A DNA stretch of 64,000 bases from a virus. Taxonomy: Duplodnaviria; Caudoviricetes. The notes below the pieces were generated by a model. It saw only the letters and a program-made list of their open reading frames with translations. It searched no databases and was not told where the DNA came from. Shown one piece after another: positions 54,596-63,181 of this stretch. Each line of letters opens with the position of its first letter. The first letter of the stretch is position 1. A program made the translations under genes and the position numbers. The stretch is taken from positions 1 to 64,000 of the IMG/VR virus record IMGVR_UViG_3300012007_000014, one strand, 5' to 3'.

Positions 54596-56089
54596 TTAGA
54601 CGATATACATGTTCTTCTTTCTTCCAAGATCTTTAACGCTATTCTTTTTCCTATTTGTCTTCTTGTTAAGTTTCTTATTAACATTGTCGACACTATTCCT
54701 AAGATTATCAACAGGTGTATTTGTAATGATCTTCGGCTGATGAAGTGCCTTATTTAATCTATACTTAGCATTTCTTACAGTGTTTCTAGCATTAATCTTT
54801 GCAAGATCCTTTTTGTATCTTGCCTTATTCTTAAGACTTCTTGCATCAGACTGAACACTATAGATTCCAGCATCAATATTGTTCCTAGTCTGTCTTGCTC
54901 GTTTCTCGGCATCTCTTGCAGCATTGGATACAGATCTCTTAGCATTGGAAGCAGTTCTCTTTGCAGAATTAATGCCAGAGTTTACCCTAGATCTGGCCTC
55001 GTTCATTGCATTATTAGCAGTTCTCTTTGCAGAGTTAATTCCAGAATTTACTCTAGATCTTACTAAGTCAGCATTATTATTTGCATTAGACCTTGCTCTA
55101 TTTACGGTTCTAGATGCGGTTCTCCGAATATCATTGATTTCATTCTCAGCGTTAGATCTTGCTCTATTTGCACTATTCTTTGCATAATTGATACCAGAAT
55201 TTACTCTAGATCTGGTTTCATTCATGGCATTATTAGCAGTTCTTCTAGCAGAATTAATCCCAGAATTCATTCTAGATCTGGTTTCATTCATGACATTATT
55301 AGCAGTTCTTCTAGCAGAATTAATGCCGGAGTTCATTCTAGATCTAGCCAAATCAATATTATTATTTACGTTGGATCTAACTCTGTTTGCAGTTCTATTT
55401 GCTGTTTTCCGAATATCATTGACTTCGTTCTCAGCTCTATATCTAGCATTGTTGGCTGTTCTCTTTGCAGAGTTGATACCAGAATTCACTTTCCTTCTAG
55501 CAGAGTTGATACCAGAATTCACTCTAGATCTAGTTAAATCAACATTATTTCTTACTCTAGATTTCGTTCTACTAGCTGTTCTTCTTGCAGTTCTTTGAAT
55601 ATCATTGAACTCATTCTCAGCGTTAGATCTAACTCTATTTGCAGTTCTTCTTGCGGAATTAATTCCAGAGTTTACTCTAGATCTGGCTAAGTCAATATTA
55701 TTTCTTGCATTAGATCTGGCCCTATTTACACCGGAGTTTACTCTATTGGAAAGATTTTCTGCAGTATCTCTAGCCGCGTCAATACGATCATTCACACCGT
55801 TTCTAAACTTCGTTACAGCATAATCCCTATTTACTGCATCACTAATTTCATTTGCAGTATCTCTGGCAATACGACTTGCCTGATTAGAAATATAATTTAA
55901 CTCTTTTCCTGCCTGTTTCGCTCTAAGCTGCTGCTTTCTTGCGAGGATCCTGTTTTTGTTCTTGATGTAATACGCCTTATTGTAAGCATCCTGCTTTGCC
56001 TTATCCCAGTTCTTGGAATAGTGGGCCTTACCTGTTGCAGCATGTTCGATGTAATCGTCAAGACCTAAATTCCAGCTATAATTATTCAT
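54596..56089 (-). CDS. Highly basic Arg/Asn/Ser-rich tandem-repeat protein (497 aa)
   Basis: Nine NSG(I/V)N cores in 11/22-residue repeats such as TRSRVNSGINSARRTANNAMNE. Confidence 0.85.
   Translation of the reverse strand: MNNYSWNLGLDDYIEHAATGKAHYSKNWDKAKQDAYNKAYYIKNKNRILARKQQLRAKQAGKELNYISNQASRIARDTANEISDAVNRDYAVTKFRNGVNDRIDAARDTAENLSNRVNSGVNRARSNARNNIDLARSRVNSGINSARRTANRVRSNAENEFNDIQRTARRTASRTKSRVRNNVDLTRSRVNSGINSARRKVNSGINSAKRTANNARYRAENEVNDIRKTANRTANRVRSNVNNNIDLARSRMNSGINSARRTANNVMNETRSRMNSGINSARRTANNAMNETRSRVNSGINYAKNSANRARSNAENEINDIRRTASRTVNRARSNANNNADLVRSRVNSGINSAKRTANNAMNEARSRVNSGINSAKRTASNAKRSVSNAARDAEKRARQTRNNIDAGIYSVQSDARSLKNKARYKKDLAKINARNTVRNAKYRLNKALHQPKIITNTPVDNLRNSVDNVNKKLNKKTNRKKNSVKDLGRKKNMYIV
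54840..55760. repeat. Imperfect coding tandem repeat array (units based on 33 and 66 nt)
   Basis: Recurrent CCAGAATTTACTCTAGATCT and GCAGTTCTTCTAGCAGAATTAAT variants. Confidence 0.85.
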
Positions 56090-56094
56090 AGTTT

Positions 56095-56649
56095 TTAGCC
56101 TTTCGTATGAAACCTTGCTTTGTTGAGCTTATTTAGCTCTGAGTAATATTTTGATGTTTGAGATTTACTCATTTTCTCAGGTGGTGTATTGTTTTCACTA
56201 CACACTTTAATAAGTGTTAGGAGATTATTTAAATGCCATTTTTCACACACATCAAATGGGAGATTAAATTCTGCCATATGAGAATATATAACTTCAGATG
56301 TGAGAGTTATAGGCTTTTGTCTTTTCTTACTTGGGTGTTCTTTAATGGTTGTTGCAGTCATTGGATCATTGATATAATTAATGATTTTGTTATAGTCTTC
56401 ATTTGATAGCTTCTGAAAAATATAAGGAGGAACTGATTGATCGAGTGACATGCAATAGAAATAGTACAAGGTTTCGTCTAAGGTTTTTGGTCCTGTTTTA
56501 TCGGATAGATATGGTCTCTTGTACTTTTGTTCCCAACGTGTAAGAGATATTAAAGAATGCTCAAGACGCAAGTTATAATCCTTTACTTTGTAGAATTCTC
56601 CTTTGGCATTGTCAAAGTATTCACCACCTGGTATTTTTATCCTGAGCAT
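56095..56649 (-). CDS. Tail assembly chaperone (second ORF)
   Basis: L.LEHSL.SL..WE.K...P.L; TSE.IY..M..FN.P....WHLN.LL.LI.VC; between MTP and TMP. Confidence 0.7.
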   Translation of the reverse strand: MLRIKIPGGEYFDNAKGEFYKVKDYNLRLEHSLISLTRWEQKYKRPYLSDKTGPKTLDETLYYFYCMSLDQSVPPYIFQKLSNEDYNKIINYINDPMTATTIKEHPSKKRQKPITLTSEVIYSHMAEFNLPFDVCEKWHLNNLLTLIKVCSENNTPPEKMSKSQTSKYYSELNKLNKARFHTKG

Positions 56650-56668
56650 TCTTTACATCACCTCGGAT

Positions 56669-57064
56669 TCACTGCTTATTTTCCGGAAATGGAATGGTGT
56701 TTTCCTTCTTCTTAGGCATTACACCGTTGATGAATTCCTGAGCTGCCTTCTCATCTGTTGCAAGTCTCATGTAAATCTGAGAATAAGCATTGGTTGAAAC
56801 AAAGTCGTCGATGATCTGCTGACTCTTTCTAAAGTGAATGCCATCAGGATCTCTCTCGCCATAAGAACGGACAATAATATCCTTGAAGTACTTAATAAGC
56901 TCAGGTGTAGACTTTGCTCCAATGATCTTCTGAAGCATGGCTACCATGCCACCGGACACACCATACTGCATCTCAGTAATCTCAGCCTCTGTAAGATTGA
57001 AGTAGAAATCCCCTTCAATCATGTTTCCATCAAAATCCGGATACTTCTCGTGAATCTTATACAT
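56669..57064 (-). CDS. Tail assembly chaperone
   Basis: DFDGN....DFYFNLTEAE...SYGE...DG..F.K......F..T.AYS. Confidence 0.75.
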   Translation of the reverse strand: MYKIHEKYPDFDGNMIEGDFYFNLTEAEITEMQYGVSGGMVAMLQKIIGAKSTPELIKYFKDIIVRSYGERDPDGIHFRKSQQIIDDFVSTNAYSQIYMRLATDEKAAQEFINGVMPKKKENTIPFPENKQ

Positions 57065-57093
57065 AATATGCTCCTTTCAATTTTTTACGTTAC

Positions 57094-57762
57094 TTAAGCC
57101 TTGAACGCGGCCACAACCTCATCAGGAAGCGGAAGCTTTGCAGTCGTTCCAGTACCAGAATCAGCACCATCAGTGCCGTAAAGAATATCCTCGAACTTCT
57201 TGAGCTTCTCAGCATCAACCTTAGTGGAGTTGATAACCATGTGACTCATCGGCTTGCCAAAGGTGTTACGAATAGGATTGCAAGCAAACTCAAAGCTCAT
57301 CGTTCCAGCTTCCGGAGAGTCATTGATCGTCTGATACTGCAGCTCAGAAGGAGAGACCGTTGCGTTGTAGACAAGGTGAAGCTCATAACCGAACGACATG
57401 CCTGCCTCGTCATTTCCAAGCTCCGTTCTATAAGACAGACCAAACGGTGCCCTAGGCTGCTGATTTGCCTTGACGCCCGGCACAAGTTCAAGTTCACCAT
57501 TGCACTCTGCAAAGCTGTCCGGATAGGTATAGCACTCAATCGTGCCACCAAAATCCTCTGCACCTCTTAAAGATCCATACAGAATGTTATCTGCATAGAA
57601 CTTCTGCTCGTCTGCGCCAGAAGGAGACTCCGTGACAGACGTCAGACCATTCCAAGCCTCAGCCTTGTCATAAACTCCCTTATTGAGGCGATACAGAACA
57701 CCATTCTGAACACCAAGAGAGTAAATCTTCTCTCCAGTGCCGTCCCATGTAAGTCTTGCCAT
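57094..57762 (-). CDS. Major tail protein
   Basis: LTWD.TGE..Y..GV..GVLY; AWNGLTSVTESPSGA....YADN..Y; FGLSYRT; ATVSPSE..YQTINDSPEA. Confidence 0.88.
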   Translation of the reverse strand: MARLTWDGTGEKIYSLGVQNGVLYRLNKGVYDKAEAWNGLTSVTESPSGADEQKFYADNILYGSLRGAEDFGGTIECYTYPDSFAECNGELELVPGVKANQQPRAPFGLSYRTELGNDEAGMSFGYELHLVYNATVSPSELQYQTINDSPEAGTMSFEFACNPIRNTFGKPMSHMVINSTKVDAEKLKKFEDILYGTDGADSGTGTTAKLPLPDEVVAAFKA

Positions 57763-57870
57763 AATTTGTTACCTCTTTCTATAAATGTGAGTGTTAAGGC
57801 TTGAAACGAGTGCGACTTCATTTCTTGCCAGTGTATTGAATAAACCCTTATAAAGGGCTTATTAGTGAAA

Positions 57871-58119
57871 TTATCTTCCAAAGAGTCTCTGAATTACATT
57901 TCCAACATTAATTTGACTCTTTAGAATATTAAATGCCTCCTCTGGAGTTTGAACATTTGGCATATTAATACCATTCTCCTTGCAGAGGTTCATAAAAGCA
58001 GTCTTACTATCTCCACCATGAGAAGAAACATAAGACTTGGCCCCATCCAAAGGATTCGAGGCAGGTGTTTGAGTGGAAGATGCACTTCTTTGGAACATGT
58101 CAAGAATTGGATTATTCAT
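57871..58119 (-). CDS. Hypothetical protein (unknown module)
   Basis: GGAGGTG RBS; NP...F...GGD.K.AF..LC.E.GI. Confidence 0.65.
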   Translation of the reverse strand: MNNPILDMFQRSASSTQTPASNPLDGAKSYVSSHGGDSKTAFMNLCKENGINMPNVQTPEEAFNILKSQINVGNVIQRLFGR

Positions 58120-58483
58120 CCTTCTCACCTCCAAGATCTTTCACAAGCTTGTTTACTTTGTCAGCTAACTTGTCAAATTCTTTTGTTGTGACGTAAACCG
58201 GGGTTTCCTCTTTCATCTCGGCATCATCCATTGGAACAATCCGAAAGCCTTTCAAAGTTGGATAACCTGCGCCGTCCGTCATCTTCGCCCAAATAATGGA
58301 ATCTGTCTCATCCATTAAGAGAATCGAAGAATTCGGAGGAAGAGAATAGGCTTTTGCACCATTCTCACCATGTACTTGAGGAACTTTAATAGAAGGTTCC
58401 TGTTGCATTGGCGTTTGAGGCTGATTAAACTGACTATAGCCATAAGCAGGAATCCCAAAATTATAAGGATTATACGGATTCAT
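58112..58483 (-). CDS. Hypothetical protein (unknown module)
   Basis: V.G..GAKAY.LPPNS..LLMDE....IW.K.TDGAG.PT....; YVT..EF..L. Confidence 0.75.
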   Translation of the reverse strand: MNPYNPYNFGIPAYGYSQFNQPQTPMQQEPSIKVPQVHGENGAKAYSLPPNSSILLMDETDSIIWAKMTDGAGYPTLKGFRIVPMDDAEMKEETPVYVTTKEFDKLADKVNKLVKDLGGEKDE

Positions 58484-58514
58484 AAGTAACACCTCCTACA
58501 CTCCATTTTGATCG

Positions 58515-58886
58515 TCAATTCTTTATCGGTAGTTGCTCAACTTTGCTAAGCAAGACCTTTCCTTCTCCAGTGACATCATCAAGTTCGAAATAAGGAACAG
58601 AAAGATCTTTAATTGTCTGGAGTTCATCAAACGTGATAGATCCTTCATTGATAGCATTTTTGCTAAGAAACATGAATCTATCTCGTAAGAGTGCCACATT
58701 GGCTTGCTTAAGTTTAGCGTCGTTGTTTGCCATTTCAGATAAAGCACTATCGACGTTATCAAGGCGTCTTGAGAGCTCATCTAAAATATCTTTTCTCATC
58801 ATTCTTTTGGAGAACCATGAGGACGAGATCACGGCAACCAACACTGATGCAATGCTTGCAACTATCGTACTAAGCCAAGGTGGCAT
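58515..58886 (-). CDS. Putative holin-like membrane protein
   Basis: N-terminal TM helix, coiled coil, ALLRDR......G.IT.DE...I..L..PY..L motif. Confidence 0.55.
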   Translation of the reverse strand: MPPWLSTIVASIASVLVAVISSSWFSKRMMRKDILDELSRRLDNVDSALSEMANNDAKLKQANVALLRDRFMFLSKNAINEGSITFDELQTIKDLSVPYFELDDVTGEGKVLLSKVEQLPIKN

Positions 58887-58907
58887 ACTCTTTACCCTCC
58901 CTAGCCT

Positions 58908-59150
58908 TTAAAGTGACTGCATGATCGTAATCTCTGCTACCCGTTTGGAGTAATAGCTTACGATGTGCTCATCTGGATTCTGAATCATCTCGAAAAAGTT
59001 CTTGGCATGTGCCAACTCCTCTTTTGACATAGCCAAGAACTTGTCTGAATCTTCTTTCGAGGTTTTCTTCAGCCAGAGTGCTTTCTTTGCATAATCTTCA
59101 GCATCATTAAGCTCGTCGCAGAGATAGTTTTCCAGCTGGTTTATGCTCAT
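58908..59150 (-). CDS. Small ferritin-like four-helix protein
   Basis: DELNDAEDYAKKAL...FL.MS.EEL.HA (ExxH metal-ligand-like motif). Confidence 0.6.
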   Translation of the reverse strand: MSINQLENYLCDELNDAEDYAKKALWLKKTSKEDSDKFLAMSKEELAHAKNFFEMIQNPDEHIVSYYSKRVAEITIMQSL

Positions 59151-59794
59151 CCAGTGGTAACTGTAGAGGAGGCTGCCTGAGATCCACTAGGAGTCCAGGC
59201 AACAAATCTCCCAAGTGCTCCCAGAATGTTCTGAGTCTGCTGAGCGTTATTGATGGCATTTTGAGCAACACCAAGCTCTCTGTTTCTATCCTCCAGACGA
59301 TCCTGAAGCATCTGCGTCTTAATGCTGCAGCAGCACTGATCCATCTGATAACCAAGCTGACTGATCTGCATTGCAAGCTGATTCGTCTGATTCTGAAGCT
59401 GCTGAGAGACACCATCAAAGCCGCCCTGGAGTGTCTGGTTCACACTATTGAATCCCTGCACTGCATTGATCTGATTTGCATGGTTCTGCTGCTGGAGAAT
59501 ATTCGTCTGACCGTTGATAAGCTGAGCAGTCTGATAGTTATTGTCAGCAGTAGCAAGCGCAATGTTATTAAGGCCAGTATTTACAGTCTGATTGTTAATC
59601 ATCCCCTGAACATCAGTCACTGTTGCAACATTCGGAGGAACTGCAGGACCAGGATTCCGATTCCAGCCGCCACCCATTGCTCCAAAAAACAGGAAGATCA
59701 GAATCAGCCATCCAAGACCATCTCCATTGCCGAAGCCAGAGCGATTACCAAGCATCGCGGCAATGTCCCCAAGAGAATAATTTGAATTTTCCAT
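59147..59794 (-). CDS. Gly-rich membrane-anchored coiled-coil protein (unknown module)
   Basis: TM helix WLIILIFLFFGAMGGGW; Gln/Asn heptads; QCCC motif. Confidence 0.75.
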   Translation of the reverse strand: MENSNYSLGDIAAMLGNRSGFGNGDGLGWLILIFLFFGAMGGGWNRNPGPAVPPNVATVTDVQGMINNQTVNTGLNNIALATADNNYQTAQLINGQTNILQQQNHANQINAVQGFNSVNQTLQGGFDGVSQQLQNQTNQLAMQISQLGYQMDQCCCSIKTQMLQDRLEDRNRELGVAQNAINNAQQTQNILGALGRFVAWTPSGSQAASSTVTTG

Positions 59795-59895
59795 AAGGTT
59801 ACCTTTCTCTGCTTTGTTCTGAAGCAGTAAGAAATGAGTAAAAATTAAGAGCCACTACTCATATTGAGTAATGATTCTAGTTACCATTTGGAATG

Positions 59896-60048
59896 TTACA
59901 TTGGCAGAGAATGAATAAGCTGCTTTACTGTCTCTTTGTCGGTATCAGAAAGTTTGGTATAAGAATTAATAACTGTGGTCTCATCTTCACCACTATTAAT
60001 TCTTTCCCTTGCATTCCTAGCAATAATCCTAAGAATAAACATTGGCAT
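59896..60048 (-). CDS. Small hypothetical protein (50 aa, not in ORF track)
   Basis: GGAGGTG RBS; one-base overlap with upstream stop. Confidence 0.55.
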   Translation of the reverse strand: MPMFILRIIARNARERINSGEDETTVINSYTKLSDTDKETVKQLIHSLPM

Positions 60049-60341
60049 TAGGATACACCTCCCATACTAAGAGCAATTGCAGACTCAAGATCTGAAATTC
60101 TCTGTCTTAAAATATCAGTTGATGTGAAGTTACCGAAGATCACATGGTCCTTACCATCTTCCATAAAGTGCGCGACTACCTTATCGAAATTTGTGGTAAC
60201 GCCATCAATCTTCATGTTCTTAATTGTATCGTTTGTAAAGGCGTCACTAGGAACTACAGTATCAAAAATATAATTATTTCCGTTTAATGTAGCTTCGTAT
60301 GACTTTCCATTACTAAGTACAATTGTATGCTTCTCTTCCAT
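60048..60341 (-). CDS. Hypothetical protein, tail-fibre-associated type
   Basis: GGAGGT RBS inside the RT 3' end; LNGNNYI and C-terminal RISDLESAIA. Confidence 0.65.
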   Translation of the reverse strand: MEEKHTIVLSNGKSYEATLNGNNYIFDTVVPSDAFTNDTIKNMKIDGVTTNFDKVVAHFMEDGKDHVIFGNFTSTDILRQRISDLESAIALSMGGVS

Positions 60342-61410
60342 AAGCACCTCCATATAGAGTGAAAGCATGTGCAAATTGTTCGCTATAAAGGTTGTATAGA
60401 TTACAAAGTGTTCTTTTGGAGAGGATCTTTTTAAATGACATTATCCAAGATTTAAATGCATTCTCTACATCTTTGAAACTCATTCTTCCTTGTATGCAGA
60501 GCACAAATTGTTTCTTAAGTCTTCGTCTAAATGAAGAAATTCTTTTTGGATTCATGCGCTTGCAAAGATGACCTGATTTTGAGAGTCTGTAGCGAATCTG
60601 TAAGAAAGTAAACCCTCTAGATAGCTTATAAATATGTGTTTTACGAGTATTGACGTGAATACCAAGTTTGTTTGCAACAAGAATAGCTTTCTTCAAGAGA
60701 GACTTTAGAAACTCTTTTGACTTATGAACAATGCAAGAATCATCCATATATCTATCATAGTTTCTAATATGTTTTACAACTTTAAAGAACGTATCCCAAA
60801 TTGTAGGAAAATAAACTCCAAATATCTGAGAACATTGATCTCCTATTCCGCATGATATTGGCTTACTATTAATTTCAAAGTTCTTAAGAATTGTTTTGAT
60901 AAGCCAAATACAATCGGCATCAGTTAAATGCTTTTTCACTTGTTCCAATAGCTTATCATGTGGTATGGAATCATAATACTTCTTGAAGTCAATGATTAGG
61001 ATATACCCATCATTTCCATGATTCTTTCTGTAAAACTCATGGATCTTCTGCTCAAATCTACGTCTTGTGAATCCGATTCCTTTCCCTCTTACAGAAGCAC
61101 CATTGTCATGAATGAGATATGGGTATAAAGCTGGTTCTAAGACATAATCACAAAAGCATCTTCGTATGACTCTATCATAGAATGGATTGCTTCTAATATA
61201 TCTTATCTTTCCGCGCTCTCTTATTGTGAATTCTTTTCCTTTTCTTGGCTTATAAGTCTTTTCTTCAAGCTCTTGTCTTGTTTTTACAATATTAATAAGC
61301 CAATTTTGCTCGTAAATTTGAACGGAAGACTTCCAATCTGAGCCATTTTTAGACTTTTTGTAGGAATCATAGAGATGATTTAAATCTGTAAGTTCACTAT
61401 ATCCCTCCAT
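60313..61410 (-). CDS. DGR reverse transcriptase
   Basis: RGK.R.I, DRV, DFKKYYDSI.H, GIGDQCSQ (DGR-type SQ), RYMDD, FTFL motifs; adjacent TR and avd. Confidence 0.95.
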   Translation of the reverse strand: MEGYSELTDLNHLYDSYKKSKNGSDWKSSVQIYEQNWLINIVKTRQELEEKTYKPRKGKEFTIRERGKIRYIRSNPFYDRVIRRCFCDYVLEPALYPYLIHDNGASVRGKGIGFTRRRFEQKIHEFYRKNHGNDGYILIIDFKKYYDSIPHDKLLEQVKKHLTDADCIWLIKTILKNFEINSKPISCGIGDQCSQIFGVYFPTIWDTFFKVVKHIRNYDRYMDDSCIVHKSKEFLKSLLKKAILVANKLGIHVNTRKTHIYKLSRGFTFLQIRYRLSKSGHLCKRMNPKRISSFRRRLKKQFVLCIQGRMSFKDVENAFKSWIMSFKKILSKRTLCNLYNLYSEQFAHAFTLYGGAYGREAYNCT

Positions 61411-61589
61411 AAACAATAATTCCTTTATATTTATTAGCCTTAAATTAGAGTGGAAATTAGTCGGCTAGAGATAACAGACGTATCTGATCTCATCTAATAT
61501 GGAGATATTCTCCACCCACTCCTTTATTTCTCCATTTAGCTGGAAGGGACTAAATCTCCTTCTCCTGATCCATTTCTGAACCAAAAGAA

Positions 61590-61679
61590 TCCCAAAACGC
61601 TGTTCCAAGTATTCGAAGCGTTGTTCCTATTCGCGTTACCATTGTTGTTGACATTCGCAAAGTTAGATGCTGACACAAC
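61590..61679 (-). repeat. DGR template repeat (TR)
   Basis: GTTGTGTCAGCATCTAACTTTGCGAATGTCAACAACAATGGTAACGCGAATAGGAACAACGCTTCGAATACTTGGAACAGCGTTTTGGGA; AAC/AAT-rich; aligns without gaps to 62306-62395. Confidence 0.95.
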
Positions 61680-61695
61680 GGAAAAGTTTACAGAT

Positions 61696-62196
61696 CTAGC
61701 CCACAGGAAAGTAAACTCCTTGCTTTTCCTGATTTTTCTTTAACTTTCTAAATTGTTGTAAATCTTTGTTTTTAATCGAACGAAGTAAGTCAATTTCTTT
61801 GACAATCAGTTGGGTAAGCCGATAATACTTATTAATATTTACGTCTATATTTTGAGCACGAGAAGTTTCTATAAAAGTCATACAGACTTGTTCCAATTTA
61901 TAGCAAGCCGCAATTGCTTTTATTAATTGTTCTCTTCTATACTTCAGATCAATGTCCGTTACAACCTTGCAGCATCCAGCATTAGAAACTCTAAGATGAA
62001 GTTCTCTTACTTGTTTATACATATCGTCTCTTGCAAGTGTGATATAATTGATAAAGACCTGAGGGTAATTGCGTGCTTTTGCTGTATCAATACCTAAATC
62101 AGTAAGGACGTAATTTAATAATTCATTCTTGATCTGGTGAGTTACATGAAACGCTTCGTTACAAGATGGTTTCCTCTCACCTTTCTTAACACTCAT
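61696..62196 (-). CDS. avd: DGR accessory variability determinant (Avd-like four-helix protein)
   Basis: MSVKK.ERK.S start, basic helical 166-aa protein between target and TR. Confidence 0.75.
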   Translation of the reverse strand: MSVKKGERKPSCNEAFHVTHQIKNELLNYVLTDLGIDTAKARNYPQVFINYITLARDDMYKQVRELHLRVSNAGCCKVVTDIDLKYRREQLIKAIAACYKLEQVCMTFIETSRAQNIDVNINKYYRLTQLIVKEIDLLRSIKNKDLQQFRKLKKNQEKQGVYFPVG

Positions 62197-62250
62197 TGTT
62201 ATCTCCTATTGTTCTGCCCGATAATATCAGAATAGGCTGAAAACGGCCTC

Positions 62251-62278
62251 GCTTCGCTCGGATCGCTGCGTACGCAGC
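62251..62278 (-). other. DGR target-recognition hairpin/cruciform region
   Basis: Perfect 14-bp palindrome GCTGCGTACGCAGC (62265-62278) and GCGAAGC mini-hairpin (62251-62257) just after the target stop codon. Confidence 0.75.
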
Positions 62279-62287
62279 TCGTAATTT

Positions 62288-63166
62288 TTAATGGATCAGG
62301 TAGTAGCCCAAAACGCCGTACCAAGTAAACGAAGCGTAGTACCTATACGCGCCACCATAGTAGTCGACACCCGCGAAGTCAGACGCCGACACGACGTCTC
62401 TTAACCAAATACTTATTTTTCTATTCATACTTGACTGATCAAACTTAAAAAGTGCAATCTGATTCTTCGAGCATCCAGTATTATATAGACCTGCTCCAGC
62501 ATTATTTGCGCCGTTTACAACAGTCCCATAATACATTGCTTCGTTGAAGATGTTATAAATTGTGTCTACCCATTCACCACCAGTAGGAACACCATCTGTA
62601 ACAGCATTTGAAATGTACTCTCTATGTTTTAAAAGATGATTTCCAAATGCTGTAGTAATATCGGGAAGAATCTGATTTGGAATTGTAGTATTCCACATCT
62701 TTGAACCCTTAAATCCACCAGCAGTGGTATCGGTATCATTCATGAAATGCGTAGTTGATCCATCTGCAGTAAGATCTACACCATCGTCAACCATTAAAAG
62801 GTGATGACCTAATTCGACGTTATCTCCACAATGAATGAAGTAATCGATATCACCAATGCGTCTTGTCTTTCCATTAATCACCCAGTAATCACCAACATAC
62901 ATATCTGTAAAGGTGCCATTCTGTACTGCTTGTGACTGCTCGGTTGTGAAAGAAGTTCCAAGATTCTTTCCTCGATAGATCATTCTATGAGAAATTGCAG
63001 GAGGGCAAAGCTCCATGATTGCCCTAAGATCTGCTGCCTTTGCAGCGACATTGTCCTGAAACTTCGATACTGGCATTCTTCTAAGTCCTGAAGTAGCTCC
63101 TGTAATCAGGACACTATCATCCGAATTAAACCCGCTAGTTGATGGATAATTGTTTACTTGACTCAT
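62288..63166 (-). CDS. DGR target protein with C-terminal C-type-lectin-fold variable domain (probable adhesin/receptor-binding protein)
   Basis: GDYW.ING...RIGD..YF...G; MN.T.TT.GG..GS.M; WLRDVVSAS.FA.V...G......AS...GV; contains VR. Confidence 0.9.
   Translation of the reverse strand: MSQVNNYPSTSGFNSDDSVLITGATSGLRRMPVSKFQDNVAAKAADLRAIMELCPPAISHRMIYRGKNLGTSFTTEQSQAVQNGTFTDMYVGDYWVINGKTRRIGDIDYFIHCGDNVELGHHLLMVDDGVDLTADGSTTHFMNDTDTTAGGFKGSKMWNTTIPNQILPDITTAFGNHLLKHREYISNAVTDGVPTGGEWVDTIYNIFNEAMYYGTVVNGANNAGAGLYNTGCSKNQIALFKFDQSSMNRKISIWLRDVVSASDFAGVDYYGGAYRYYASFTWYGVLGYYLIH
62306..62395 (-). repeat. DGR variable repeat (VR)
   Basis: 90 nt; 18 mismatches at TR adenines, only 2 at non-adenine positions (both T to C, synonymous). 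Confidence 0.95.
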
Positions 63167-63181
63167 TTATTTTATTCTCCT

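Noticed and set aside
54840-55760. CRISPR-like array
   Set aside because: Repeats are degenerate, in frame within a protein and have no unique spacers; no CRISPR array seen in the window
56640-56700. Programmed frameshift between tail chaperone ORFs
   Set aside because: No XXXYYYZ slippery heptamer seen before the stop at 56669; the second ORF has its own GAGGTG RBS and ATG
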